DNA from: Eledone cirrhosa
Taxonomy: Eukaryota
Direction: 5' to 3'
DNA: 64,000 nt
Assembly (NCBI GenBank): GCA_964016885.1
Contig: OZ024740.1
Span: 124,744,001-124,808,000, forward strand
Below, piece after piece: positions 52,122 to 64,000 of this stretch. The translations under genes were made by a program, and so were the position numbers. The notes beneath the pieces are model-generated. The model worked only from the letters and a program-made list of their open reading frames with translations. It searched no databases and was not told the DNA's origin. Numbering within the stretch: position 1 is the stretch's first letter; each line of letters starts with the position of its first letter.

Positions 52122-54209
52122 ATATATATATATATAAATTTGTCTCACTAATATACTAATATATGGTTGACTAAAAGTCATTCACAGTGGAGCCAAGTAT
52201 GACCACAGTGTAATGATTGAAATCAATAAAAGAGTATGTATGAATAAATGTTAAGGGTTTAATGTTTCAGTAATTAAATATGCTTTCACCTACATAACAG
52301 TCTATCATACTATCATGATAAGAAGTGCATGATTTAGTATAACTTTTTAGCAATTTGTCTTGATAATATTTCCACAATTTACAAAAAGAATACTTCACGA
52401 AGGGTGAAAAAGAGATAAAAAACATCTGGAATTGTCTCTCATCCTTTCCTATCGAAATAATAATTGTTGTCATAGACTAATATTTTGTTCTCTTTTATCG
52501 TATATGGGAATCTACTTTAGTGTCTTACTTTTCTAATCATTAAATATGTTTTCACCTACATATTACAGTACAGAACAGAAATTGTTGAATAATGATAAAG
52601 ATATATTGACTTATGAGTCTATATGTATGTGCGTGGTTTGTTGAACGTAGGTGCTTGTGTATGCATGAATATATATATATATGTATATATATATAGAGGG
52701 GTATGTATGTGTGACTGTGTGCTTGTATGTGTGTTTGTGTCTGTGTGATATTGTATTGCACATATATATTGTATTGCACATGTATAATTATGGAAAAGGA
52801 AAATGAGATTACGAGGAGCATTGACACACATATAAACAAAAAAGTGATGTACAAAATATAAAAGAGAGATGATATAAAAGACTAAAACTCAGAGAAAAAT
52901 ATTGGTGACTATCATTAAAAATATAAATTGCAAATAACAGCTGGGATAGAAAAGTTGGGAAACTGCCAAAGAGCTCACTATAAAAACCAGAAATGTAGTC
53001 TTTTGACACTTTTATCTATCTCTTAAATTGTTCGACGAAATTGTCTAAAATTAATATGGCTTACATATGTTTGTTATAAAATAATACATGTTCTTCTAAC
53101 GGATTGTTTTTCTATGTCAGATTAACTACCAGCAACTGTTGTAGCTTCAGATTGTGCCATATGGTGCAGGGCATGAGTTTACTCTTCCCACGCTCAAAAA
53201 CATAATGCTGTTGACCAAAAGTGCCTCCTCAAAGGATTTTTACTATTATCCCCTTTTTCTCTATGCCACTGCAACCAACTTATACAAGCACCTAACTCCT
53301 TCAGAGAAACCTATGTATTTATTTAAATACCAGTCTGCCTACACTTTCCCTCTCTCTCAATATATATATGTATAGTTTTCACATTATTACAAATATTGAG
53401 ATAAATATTTTATATCTACATTGTTACATTGCAGAATCATAGCAAAAGCTGTTACTTAATGTTTCAAATAAACCCAATTCAATTATGTAACACATTATTG
53501 AGCAATAATAATTAACTTAAAATTTACTAGATATGTATTGAACATTCTTCGACTACTTTATGCTTAATTTGTTTCGCCTTGCCGATAAACCTGAGAGAAA
53601 TACTCATAGACTGTTTCATTATATAAATAAGATGGGGGAGAAGACACTAGGGATATATTACTTTTCTTCTTATGTAATCGTGGGAAACTTTCTTGGGCAA
53701 GGAGACACACCACTGTGTTTTATTTCTTTTTGTGTGGATCTTTTCCATACCCAGAATGTATTTTGACAAGCAACATTTGCAAACAAGCTTCCAAAGCCAC
53801 TAGCAATTACACACAACAAGGTGTGTCTACGTGTTAAACTTTTGTTGTCTCTTTTTACTGTGAATGTTTAAATCAAAAAATTGTTATTGTTTACAGCCAC
53901 AAAGTTATTACTTTTCTTTTGAGTGTATCAACTTTTTTTTACATGTCTTAATATTTTTCCACAGATTTGTAATTGTGGGAAGGTGTGTACCTCATTATGT
54001 TGGTGCTATCACCACTGTTGCAATCACTTCTTCCCACTATTCCAATTTCAATCTAAAAACAAATGGAAAAAATGAAAAACAGATTCTCACTTTTCTTTGG
54101 AAAAATTCCATGTGATACAGCACAAGAAATCCTCCAATTCATAAAGTAATCAGATATTTTTCTAAAAGACATGAGCTTACAAAAGATGTATTCTCAACTC
54201 AAAAAAAGA

Positions 54210-54216
54210 TAATAAT

Positions 54217-54250
<34 letters not shown>

Positions 54251-57200
54251 TTTTCTTTATTAACCACAAGGGTTTACATAAAGTAGACATTAAGGACAGT
54301 ACAGGACAATACAGGACGGTACAAATGGGCATTTCTGCGTGTAAAAAAAACAGAGGATGTAATAAAATAACAAAGAAAAATTCCCCAATAGGGGGGAGAC
54401 TTCCGAGGGACATTTGTGGAGAAAGCCCATTAAAAGACCACAGTGCCCTCTCCCAGTTTTCCACCTTTAATTTACAGACACATACCCAGAGTAGGCCCAT
54501 TCACTCGGGCCATTCTTGCTTCTCTCACCCATCTTTCAACAAAATGCTGGGAAGAGAGCACTTCCCTCTCTACCCTGATTTTCCTTTTCAAATGAAATTT
54601 GAAAAAGTTAATCAGGGCATCACCGAAGAGGTAAGTGCTCGTCTTCAGCCCTTTCAAACGTGTCCACCATACTATCTCTTTCGCCATGGCCACCAGACAG
54701 ATAAAAACTGCCTGCTCTTCCCGGCTTAAGGAAGAGGGCGGGGCAATCCTCACGATGGACTCAGCTGATAACTGGATCCGTCCTACAGGTGACAGCAGGT
54801 GTTCGACATAAACCCACAAGTCAGCAATGCTCGGACACTGGACGAGTGCGTGCAGGACGGTTTCGTCGCCCTGCGCGCATCTCGGACATGCCTGGCTGAC
54901 GGCACCTCCATGCCTGTAGAGTTTATCCCGAACTGGCAAAGCTCCCCGGTAGCACTGCCAGGTCAGGGATTTCTGGAAGTTGTCAATAGGCCCCGGCCCG
55001 AAAGTCCTTCCGAAGAGATTGGCTAGTTGATTTTCGTCGATGCCTAGAGTTTCTCCAAGTACGTCGTCGCTCTTCCTCTCCACTAATCCTCTATAGAACG
55101 CCAAGGTGGAGTTTCCACCGATCACATTTCCCGATTGGTCGAGGGCTGTGAGCGCCTGAAGACATTCCAGTCTCCAAGTGCTCCCTCTCGGTCTTCGCTT
55201 GACCCAGGTCTGCAGCTCCGTCAAGGAGACGAGCTGGGGAAAGACGTGTCTAGCAAACGGCGACCACACCTGATCACCGTCGAGGAAGAGGTGGAGATGT
55301 CGTAGCCTGAGCGCGTGTCTGCGCATCATCAGCCACGGCATGCCCAGCCCTCCACGTAGCGGGTCTTGACAGCAGATGGACCGCCTGACCATCGGAACGC
55401 GTCCCTTCCACAAAAAGCGAAAGAGCAAACGCTCCAGCACAGTCAGGCGGGGCTTAGGACAAGGTACGACGGTCAGGCGGTAGTAGATGACGGACGCGAT
55501 GTACGCGTTAGCCACCTCCGCTCGACCTTTCAGGGATAGCTTCCTCTCCGCCCAATTCTGGGTGAGAGAAGCCACCCTGATCGTCACCTCGTCCCAGTTT
55601 TTGTCCGTCTGGAGGTCCGGACCGAACCAGACCCCTAGCAATTTAACCAGTCCATCCGTCCAGCGCCCGACGACGTTGTTGGACGGCATGGACCTGCCTC
55701 TCCAGGTGCCGAGCTGCAGGCCCACTGACTTTTTCCTGGTTGATCATTGCTCCTGTCACCGTTTCGTATTCTTTTAGTGTAGTGCCGATCACCTCGATGT
55801 GTTTGGCGTTCGACACCACTACAGTAACATCGTCCGCATATGCTGACACGGATCTTCCGCATCCTAGTTCGCGCGGGACCCCCCTCAACGTCTCCAGTTT
55901 GTGCAGTAATGGCTCGAGAGTCAATACGTACGAGAGGGACGAGAGGGGACATCCTTGGCGGACCGAGCGCATGATGTTGAACGGTTCCGAAAGGTGACCG
56001 TTCACTCTCCCCACAGAGCAGATGTCGCTGTGCATGGCAGCGATCCAGCCTCTGAAGAGGGGCCCAAAGCCAGCCGCCTTCAGGACTGCCGCTAGGTAAC
56101 GATGGTCGAACCTATCGAAAGCTTTCGACTGATCTAAATTGATCAAGGACCCACCCGTGCCAGGTTACCTAGCTACCCTCTCTACGATGTATCGCATGAG
56201 CTGGAGGTTGTCGTGGATGGATCTGTCGGGAATGGCGCATGTCTGCGCCTCTCTCACCAGACCACCAACGACAAGCGCCAACCTCTTTGCTAGCACCTTG
56301 GCAAAAATCTTGAACTCTGTGTTTAGCAGAGTTATGTGCCTTAAATTATCTATTTTATCCCCTTGTTCGGATCCTTTCTCAGCAGTGCCACCGCTCCTCG
56401 GCTCACAGAACTGGGAATTCTCCCGTTCTGTTGCCAGTTGCAGTAGACGTCCGCCAAGAGTCGTCCGAACAAGTCTGGCATCTGTACGTAAAGTTCATAG
56501 GGCAGACCATCCAAACCAGGCGATTTACCCCTTGTGCAGCAAGTTATTGCCTCCCTTACTTCAGCGGCTGTTATCGGCTTTTCGCAACACTCCGCCTCAG
56601 TGGCCGAAAGCCGCGGCAGTCCGTCGAGGTAGACACTAAAGTCCATCCCTCGACCCGGCCCACCGCCTGCCCCCGAACATCTGAGCGAAGTGTCGCTGAA
56701 AAGCTTCACACATTTGCCCGGGATCGAGTAGCATGCGCCCGTCGTGTTCCACCAAAGACCGGATCGTAGCTTTGTTGCCACGACGCGTCCCTGCCACTCG
56801 AGCCCATTGAACGGCTTTCGTCCCCTGGTGTCTGATAGCACGCACCCTAGCTCTGACAACGCAGCCTTCGTGCTATGCATTGAAGAATTGGTAAAGGGCC
56901 AATTTCGCCGCAAGCACGTCGGTCGCAATGCCTTTGCTAAGCGCCTCGTCTAATTTTCTAACTAATTCTCCCTCTGCTCTATTTTTCTCTATTGCTAAAG
57001 CCTTACTAAACCTAATTGATTCTACTCTAATCGCTCTTTTCACAGCAAACCACCACTTGTTGTTGACTATGGCCCCCGTCAACGCCCGCTTAACTAGTTC
57101 GCTAATCCGGTCTCTGTAGGCTTTGCGCGCTGGTAAGGACGCGCTTAGCTTCCAGTAGCCGGGTCCTCGTCTATGAAGCCTATCTAAGTCAAGCACACAG

Positions 57201-58125
57201 ATCACGAATTTGTGGTCCGTGTAGCTGACTATCTTGAATTGTGGACAGCCTATGCTAGACCTATCTATTTCCCTACAAAATACTCTATCTAGATATGATC
57301 TGGATGACCCCTATGCGATTTGTCCAAGTCCACATTGGCACATTCGGGAAATCCAATCGGTACCTGTCAGACAGTTCAAAACGCCTGAGCAGGTTGGTGA
57401 GGCTCTTGCACCCTCCACCCCTATCCGCTAATCCCACACAATCCCAGCGTGCATCTAAGATCCCGTTCCAGTCGCCCACTAACACTAAAGAGCGGGGCGT
57501 TCCAAAAACGGTCTCCAGACGCTGGAAGAAATCAGGCCGCCCTGCTCCTGTCGGGGCATAGACGGCTACTAGCCTGAAAGCTTGCCCGTCTCCGCTGGTC
57601 ACGTCCAGCACCACCAACTTACCCTCTGGTTCCAGGCAGATGGCCCGTATGGCGAGATCCAAATCTCTCCGAAAAATCACAGCAACTCCTCCCCCCGATC
57701 CAGGACGGTTGGGAGATGCGTACACATCTTAGCCGCCGAAGATTGGTGTGAAGGCCCGTGCTTCGGAGATCCTGGTCTCGCTGATGGCCACTACATATAT
57801 GTTTAGTGACCTGAGGTCGTTGAGCAGGTGACCCTGCTTCCATGACGTCCCCAAGCCACGCGAATTTATGCTGCCTATTCTGAGTGAGGTCATGTTTAAA
57901 ATAGAGTGGAAAAGATGGGAAAGACCACTTAACGTACTTTTCGTAGAGGAAGGATGGTTTTTCCATCCCTTTTCACTTGATCATCTGTTGAATCGTCCCT
58001 TCGGCTGGTCGTCGGCTCTTCTATGAGTATGCCCGAATATACTCTTCGGTTGAGAGTCCCTCCTAGGTCTCTGAAATCACCAACTGCGTTGGGGAATTTC
58101 GTTTTAATGTTTGTGTATTGTTTCC
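54210..58125 (-). mobile_element. Tx1/L1-clade LINE copy A: end of ORF1 + complete but frameshifted ORF2 + 3' UTR + (ATT)n tail
   Basis: VYAP, GDWN, GPGYWKL, KSPGLDGLPYE, LDQSKAFDR, VRQGCPLS, YADD, C-terminal CPRC..ET..H....C. Confidence 0.95.
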
Positions 58126-61100
58126 TTAACCACCCTCTCTATGATGTATCGCATGAAGTGGAGGTTGTCGTGTATGGATCTGTCCGGAATGGCGCACGTC
58201 TGCGCCTCTCACACCAGACCCTTGACGACAAGCGCCAACCTCGTTGCTAACACCTTGGCCAAAATCTTGAACTCTGCGTTTAGCAGGGTTATGGGCCTGA
58301 AATTATCAATAACATCCCCATTGTTCGGGTCTTTTCTCAGCAGCGCCACTGCTCCCCGGCTCACAAAACTGGGAATGCTCCCGTTCTGCTGCCAGTTGCA
58401 GTATACATCTGCCAAGATGTCACCGAACAAGTCTGGCATAAATGCATAAAGCTCGTAGGGCAGACCATCTATACCTGGCGATTTACCTCTTGTGCAGTTA
58501 GCCATCGCTTCCCGTATTTCACCGGCTGTTATTGGCTTTTCGCAATACTGAGCTGCGGTCGTCAAGAGCCGAGGCAGTCCGTCAAGGTATGCACTGAAGT
58601 CCATGCCCCAATCCGGGCCGCCGCCGCTCCCGAACAGTTCAGCAACGTGCTGCTGAAAAGCTCCACACATCCGCTCGGGTTCGAGCATCACGCACCCGTT
58701 TTGGTCAGACAAAGACCGAATTGTGGCTTTATTGCCACGTCGCGCCTCTGCCACCCGGGCCCATTGGACGGCTTTTGTCCCCTCGTGTTTCAGAGCACGC
58801 GCTCTAGCTCTGACAACGCAGCCTTCATGTTTTGCGTTGAAGAATTGGTCGAGTGCCAATCTCGCCGCAAGCACGTCGGTTGCGATGCCTGTCCTAAACG
58901 CCTCTTCTAGCTTTCTGACTAGCTCTCCCTCTACTCTATTTTCCTCTATCACTACTCCTTTGCTAAACCTAATCGACTCTACTTTAATTGCCCTTTTCAG
59001 GGCGAACCACCACCTGTTGTTGACGACCGCTCCCGTCAACGCCCGCTTAACTAATACGCTAATCCGGTCTCTGTAGGCCTTGCGCGCCTGGAAAAACGCG
59101 TTCAGCTTCCAGTAACCAGGCCCTTGTCTATGAAGTCTGTCTATGTCGATCTCACAGATCACAAATTTGTGGTCTGTGTAGTCGACTATTTTAAATTGTG
59201 GACAACTTATACTAGCCTTATCTAGTTCCCTGCAGAATACCCTATCTAGATACGATCTGGATGACCCGATACGGTTTGTCCATGTCCACATTGGCACATT
59301 CGGGTGATCCAGTCGATACCAGTCTGAGCAGGTTGGTGAGGCTCTTGCACCCTCCTCCCCTATCCACTAGCCCCACACGATCCCAGCGTGCATCGAAGAT
59401 ACCGTTCCAGTCGCCCACTAACACTAAAGAGCGGGACGTTCCAAGAAAGGTCTCTAGACGTCTGAAGCAATCTGGCCGTCCTGCCCCTGTTGGGGCGTAG
59501 ACGGCTACTAGCCTGAAAGCATTGCCTTTGCTGCCGGTCACGTCCAGCACCACCGACTTACCGTCTGGGTCCAGGAAGATGGCCCGTATCGCGAGATCCA
59601 AGCCTCTCCGAAAAAGGACGGCAACCCCTCCCCCCGATCCTGGACGGCTGGGAGATGCGTATACATCGTAACCGCCGAAGATCGGTGCGAAGGCTCGTGC
59701 CTCGGAGATCCTGGTTTCACTGATGGCCACCACATCTATGTTTAGTGACCTGAGGTTATTGAGCAGGTGACCCTGCTTCCAAGATGACTCCAGGCCACGT
59801 GCATTTATACTGTCTATTCTGAGTACAGCCATGTTGGATGAGAAACGGGGCAAATGAGAAAGGGTCACCTACCTTGTTCGTGTAGTGAAGGGACAGTAGA
59901 ACCGTCCCTTTCGCTGGTCATGGGTGTTTCCAAGAAGATGTCAGTGTATATCCTCTTGGTAACCGTATCTCTGAAGTCTCCAACTGCGTTGGGAATTTTT
60001 GTTTTAAAGGTTTGTATTGTTCTATTGAGATTTCGATGATGCTTATGTTTGTCGGGAGAGTTCTTGGTGTTGGTGGGGTGTAGGAGTTTTATTTCCGTGA
60101 TGTATGTGTGCTGCTTTATATATTTTATGAGTTCTTTTTTTGCTATGTTTATGGCTGTGTACTTTTTGGGGGGAGGGGTGATTTTGTTGTCGTTTTCTTC
60201 TTGTTGCTGTTTGGTGTGTGTGTCTTGTTGTGTTTGCATTGTTGGTGTTTCTGGTGGTGTTGCTGCAAGTTTCCTTGCTGCCTTTACCCCTCTTTGTATG
60301 CCTTCGCTTTTGGAGGGTGAATCTAAGGGTTTTTTTGTTTTTTGTTTTTTGTGGTAGATTGTTTGCCACGTCACTCCCGCCTCAAACTCCATGTCGGATT
60401 CTGTGGCGTCTGGGAGAGGTATGAGCTCCACGGCTGTTGGTGGTGGTAGTGGAGCCCTCTTCGGCAATTTTGTTGCTGGTGTAGCTATTTCAAATGTAGC
60501 TATTGGTGTTGCCGCTACTGATGATGCTGCTTTAGTTATCCGTGGCCTTGGTACGGGTGCTACGGACGTTGCCCTCCTACACACCGTGGAAGGGGCTTCT
60601 TCGTTTGTTGCTAGTCCTGCTCTTGGTAGCAGCGGACCAGTTATTGGAAGGAGAGGGGCCCTCTTCGGTGTCTTCTGCGGGCAAAAGGCCCTGAGGTGAT
60701 CTTTCGACCCACAGAGATAACATTTTGGCCGTCTTCCTTCTACACTTATAGGGAGTTGGAGTCCTTCCTCGAAGTCTATGATATCGGGGATAGCCTCGAT
60801 ACATTCCTGGTCAGTTTGTATAAGCATTTGCATGCCTATACCTGACCAGTTCTCTCTCCCTATTTTTTCTACTTGCAGCATGGTCGCCCTGTTCTCAATT
60901 CCAGCAAGGACAGACGCGGCCAGCCAAGGTATGGGCACGTCGGGTGTTGGACCTGGGTCACTTTGACCCTCACAATTTTCTGCCCGCAGTAGGAGGGCAC
61001 CAAGACTAACTCCTCACTATTTAGGGTTTCCAAAGAGTGAGACTTTGCTTCCTGGGGGGTGGCGAAAAGTACGTCTACTGTGGTGTACTTTCTGCCTCGG

Positions 61101-62020
61101 GTGATGTGGGTTTTGCGTGCCCAGACGCACTCCAAGGCCTTTTGGATTTCAGCCTCCGTGGCTCTCTCCACTCGATGTGAGATTTTGCTTACGGTGCGGT
61201 AAGTCACCGTCCGTAGCTGCTGGTCCTTGAAAAAATGGGGAAGAGGTTTCAGGGAAACTCTATTTGCGCTTCTTGTCACCATGGCCCTTGCGACTGCCAT
61301 CTCCTCCTCTGTGACTAACACTGTCTCGATATTTCAGGCGACACCTGCAAAAGAAGTGGTCCCTTTTTCAGCAGCACCACTATTGCTGCCGCTACTGGTC
61401 TTACTGGTGGTGCTGAGGTCGCTATTACAGGTTTCGGTGTCATTGTTCTTTTCGCTGGTACAGTTGATGGTGTTGTTTTCGTTGATACTGTTGCTGCTGT
61501 TACTGTTATTGTGGCTGTTGTTATTATTGTTGTTTTTATTGATACTGTTCCTACTATTATTGTTGTTGTGGCTGAGGTTATTGTCATTGTTATTGTCGTT
61601 CTCGACCTTACCGCTGTTATTTTTGTTATTGTCGTTCTCGACTTTACCGCTGTTATTTTTGGTGTTGTTGTTGGTGATGTTGTTGGTGTTATTGTTGGTG
61701 TTGTTTGTGTTAAAAATATTTGGTAATTTTAAATCTGTAACAATCTTTTTTTCGTTTGTCATATTTTCGTTTATATTTACCTCCGCTGGAACGCAATCTT
61801 GTTGACATGCTGATAAAGTCTCCTTCTCTCTGTATTGTCTGACAGCGCTCTCTCTCTTTGTGTTATCCATGTTGAAATTTAAAAAAAAAAAATATTTTTA
61901 CACAAATACGAATACGACTAAACTTTTATCAAATTTAAAACCTGAATAAAAGGTTTAGAACGGTTGAAAAATATGTAAAACGTTGAAAAAAACTGGAGGC
62001 GATAAGAAACGTGGCTTCAC
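58126..62020 (-). mobile_element. Tx1/L1-clade LINE copy B: 5' UTR, ORF1 (61870-59865, frameshifted), ORF2 from ATG 59832, truncated in RT
   Basis: ORF1 has an Asn-rich N-terminus and CCHC knuckle CYLCGSKDHLRAFC; ORF2 has INARGL..ISET, YLDR, TDH, FRPITLLN..KILAK. Confidence 0.93.
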
Positions 62021-62024
62021 CAAC

Positions 62025-64000
62025 GATAATAATATGAATAATAATAATGATTTCTTTATTAACCACAAGGGTTTACATAAAGTAGACATTAAGGACAGTG
62101 CAGGACAATACAGGACGGTACAAATGGGCATTTCTGCGTGTAAAAAAACAAAAACAGAGGATGTAACAAAAAAATAACAATGAAAAATTGTCCAATAGGG
62201 GGGAGACTGCCGAGGGACATTTGTGGAGAAAGCCCATTAAAAGGCCACAGTGACCCTGACGACCAGGGCAAGTGCCCTCTCCCAGTTTTCAACCTTTAAT
62301 TTACAGACAAATACTCAGAGTAGGCCCATTCTTGCTTCTCTCACCCATCTTTCAACAAAATGCTGGGAAGAGAGCACTTCCCTCTCTACCCTGATATTCC
62401 TTTTCAAATGAATTTTGAAAAAGTTAATCAGAGCCTCACCGAAGAGGTAAGTGCTCGTCTTCAGCCCTTTCAAACGTGTCCACCATACTATCTCTTTTGC
62501 CATGACCACCAGACAGATAAAAACTGCCTGCCCTTCCCGGCTAAAGGAAGTGGGTGGGGCAATCCTCACGATGGACTCATCTGATAGCCACATCCGTCCT
62601 ACACGCGACAGCAGGTGTTCGACATAAACCCACAAGTCAGCAATGCTAGGACACTGGACGAGTGCGTGCAGGACGGTTTCGTCGCCCTGCACGCATCTCG
62701 GACATGCCCGGGGGACGGCACCTCCATGCCTGTAGAGTTTATCCCGAACTAGCAAAGCTCCTCGGTAGCACTGCCAGGTCAGGAAGTTGTCCATAGGCCC
62801 CGGCCCGAAAGTTCTTCCGAAGAGATTGGCTAGTCGATTTTCGTCGACGCCTAGAGTTTCCCCAAGTACGTCGTCGCTCTTCCCCTCCACTAATCCTATA
62901 TAGAACGCCGAGGTGGAGTTTCCACCGATCACATTGCCCGATTGGTCGAGGGCTGTGAGTGTCTGAAGACATTCCAGTCTCCAAGCGCTCCCTCTCGGTC
63001 TTCGCTTGACCCAGGACTGCAGCTCCGTCAAGGAGACGAGCTGGGGAAAGACGCATTTAGCAAACGGCGACCACACCTGATCACCGTCGAGGAAGAGGTG
63101 GAGATGTCGTAGCCTGAACGCGTGTCTGCGCATCATCAGCCACGGCATGCCCAGCCCTCCATGTAGCGGGTGTTGACAGCAGATGGACCGCCTGACCATC
63201 GGAGCGCGTCCCTTCCACAAAAAGCGAAAGAGCAAACGCTCCAGCGCAGTTAGGCAGGACTTTGGACAAGGTACGACGGTCAGGCGGTAGTAGATGACGG
63301 ACGCGATGTACGCGTTAGCCACCTCCGCTCGACCTTTCAGGGATAGCTTCCTCTCCGCCCATTTCTGGGTGAGAGAAGCCACCCTGCTCGTCACCTCGTC
63401 CCAGTTTTTGTCCGTCTGGAGGTTGGGACCGAACCAGACCCCTAGCAATTTAACCGTTCCGTCCGTCCAGCGCCCGACGACGCTGTTGGACGGCATGGAC
63501 CTGCCTCTGCAGGTGCCGAGCTGCAGGCCCACTGACTTTTCCTGGTTGATCATTGCTCCTGTCACCGCTTCGTATTCTCTTAGTATAGTGCCGATCGCCT
63601 CGATGTGTTTGGCGTTCGACACCACTACGGTGACATCGTCCGCATATGCTGACACGGTTCTTCCGCATCCTAGTTCGCGCGGGACCCCCCTCAAGTGTCC
63701 AGTTTGTGCAGTAATGGCTCGAGAGTCAATACGTACAAGTGGGACGAGAGGGGACATCCTTGGCGGACCGAGCGCATGATGTTGAACGGTTCTGAAAGGT
63801 GATCGTTCACTCTCCCCTCAGAGCAGATGTCGCTGTGCATGGCAGCGATCCAGCCTCTGAAAACGGGCCCAAAGCCAGCCGCCCCCAGGACTGCCGCTAG
63901 GTAACGATGGTCGAACCTATCGAAAGCTTTCGACTGATCTAAATTGATCAAGGACCCACCCGTGCCAGGTTCCCTAGCTACCCTCTCTACGATGTATCGC
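62025..64000 (-). mobile_element. Tx1/L1-clade LINE copy C, 3' half (runs off the window)
   Basis: ORFs 63951-63691 and 63757-62315 are near-identical to copy A; same 3' UTR and ATT-type tail. Confidence 0.95.

Noticed and set aside
61227-61805. 192 aa Leu-rich membrane-like ORF on the plus strand
   Set aside because: Antisense reading of the Asn-rich (AAC/AAT) part of Tx1 ORF1

Overview
Eukaryotic, AT-rich, repeat-dominated DNA, with no bacterial-type genes, operons or CRISPR. The repeat content suggests a mollusc, probably an octopus or other cephalopod; this is inference. Conventional content: several RTE-clade LINEs, a CR1 fragment, a full-length mariner, a degenerate hAT transposase, tRNA-derived SINEs that share an RTE 3' tail, and a head-to-tail array of Tx1/L1-clade retrotransposons (54.2-64 kb). 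The main hidden signal is about 20 type I hammerhead ribozyme (HHR) motifs, intact or degenerate, from at least 8 apparently unrelated non-coding repeat families. Most have palindromic stem III, sit in (TA)n tracts, and occur as tandem 427-588 bp units or as back-to-back inverted pairs. One family shows U3:A8 core covariation. A frameshifted Penelope-like (PLE) GIY-YIG endonuclease fragment with its own 3' HHR sits among them and is the likely type of mobilising partner. Together this looks like a (TA)n-targeted PLE/retrozyme ecosystem. Also present: an 18S rRNA fragment, a foldback element with GC-rich cargo, and a possible small two-exon gene. All calls were made by eye; no database searches were run.
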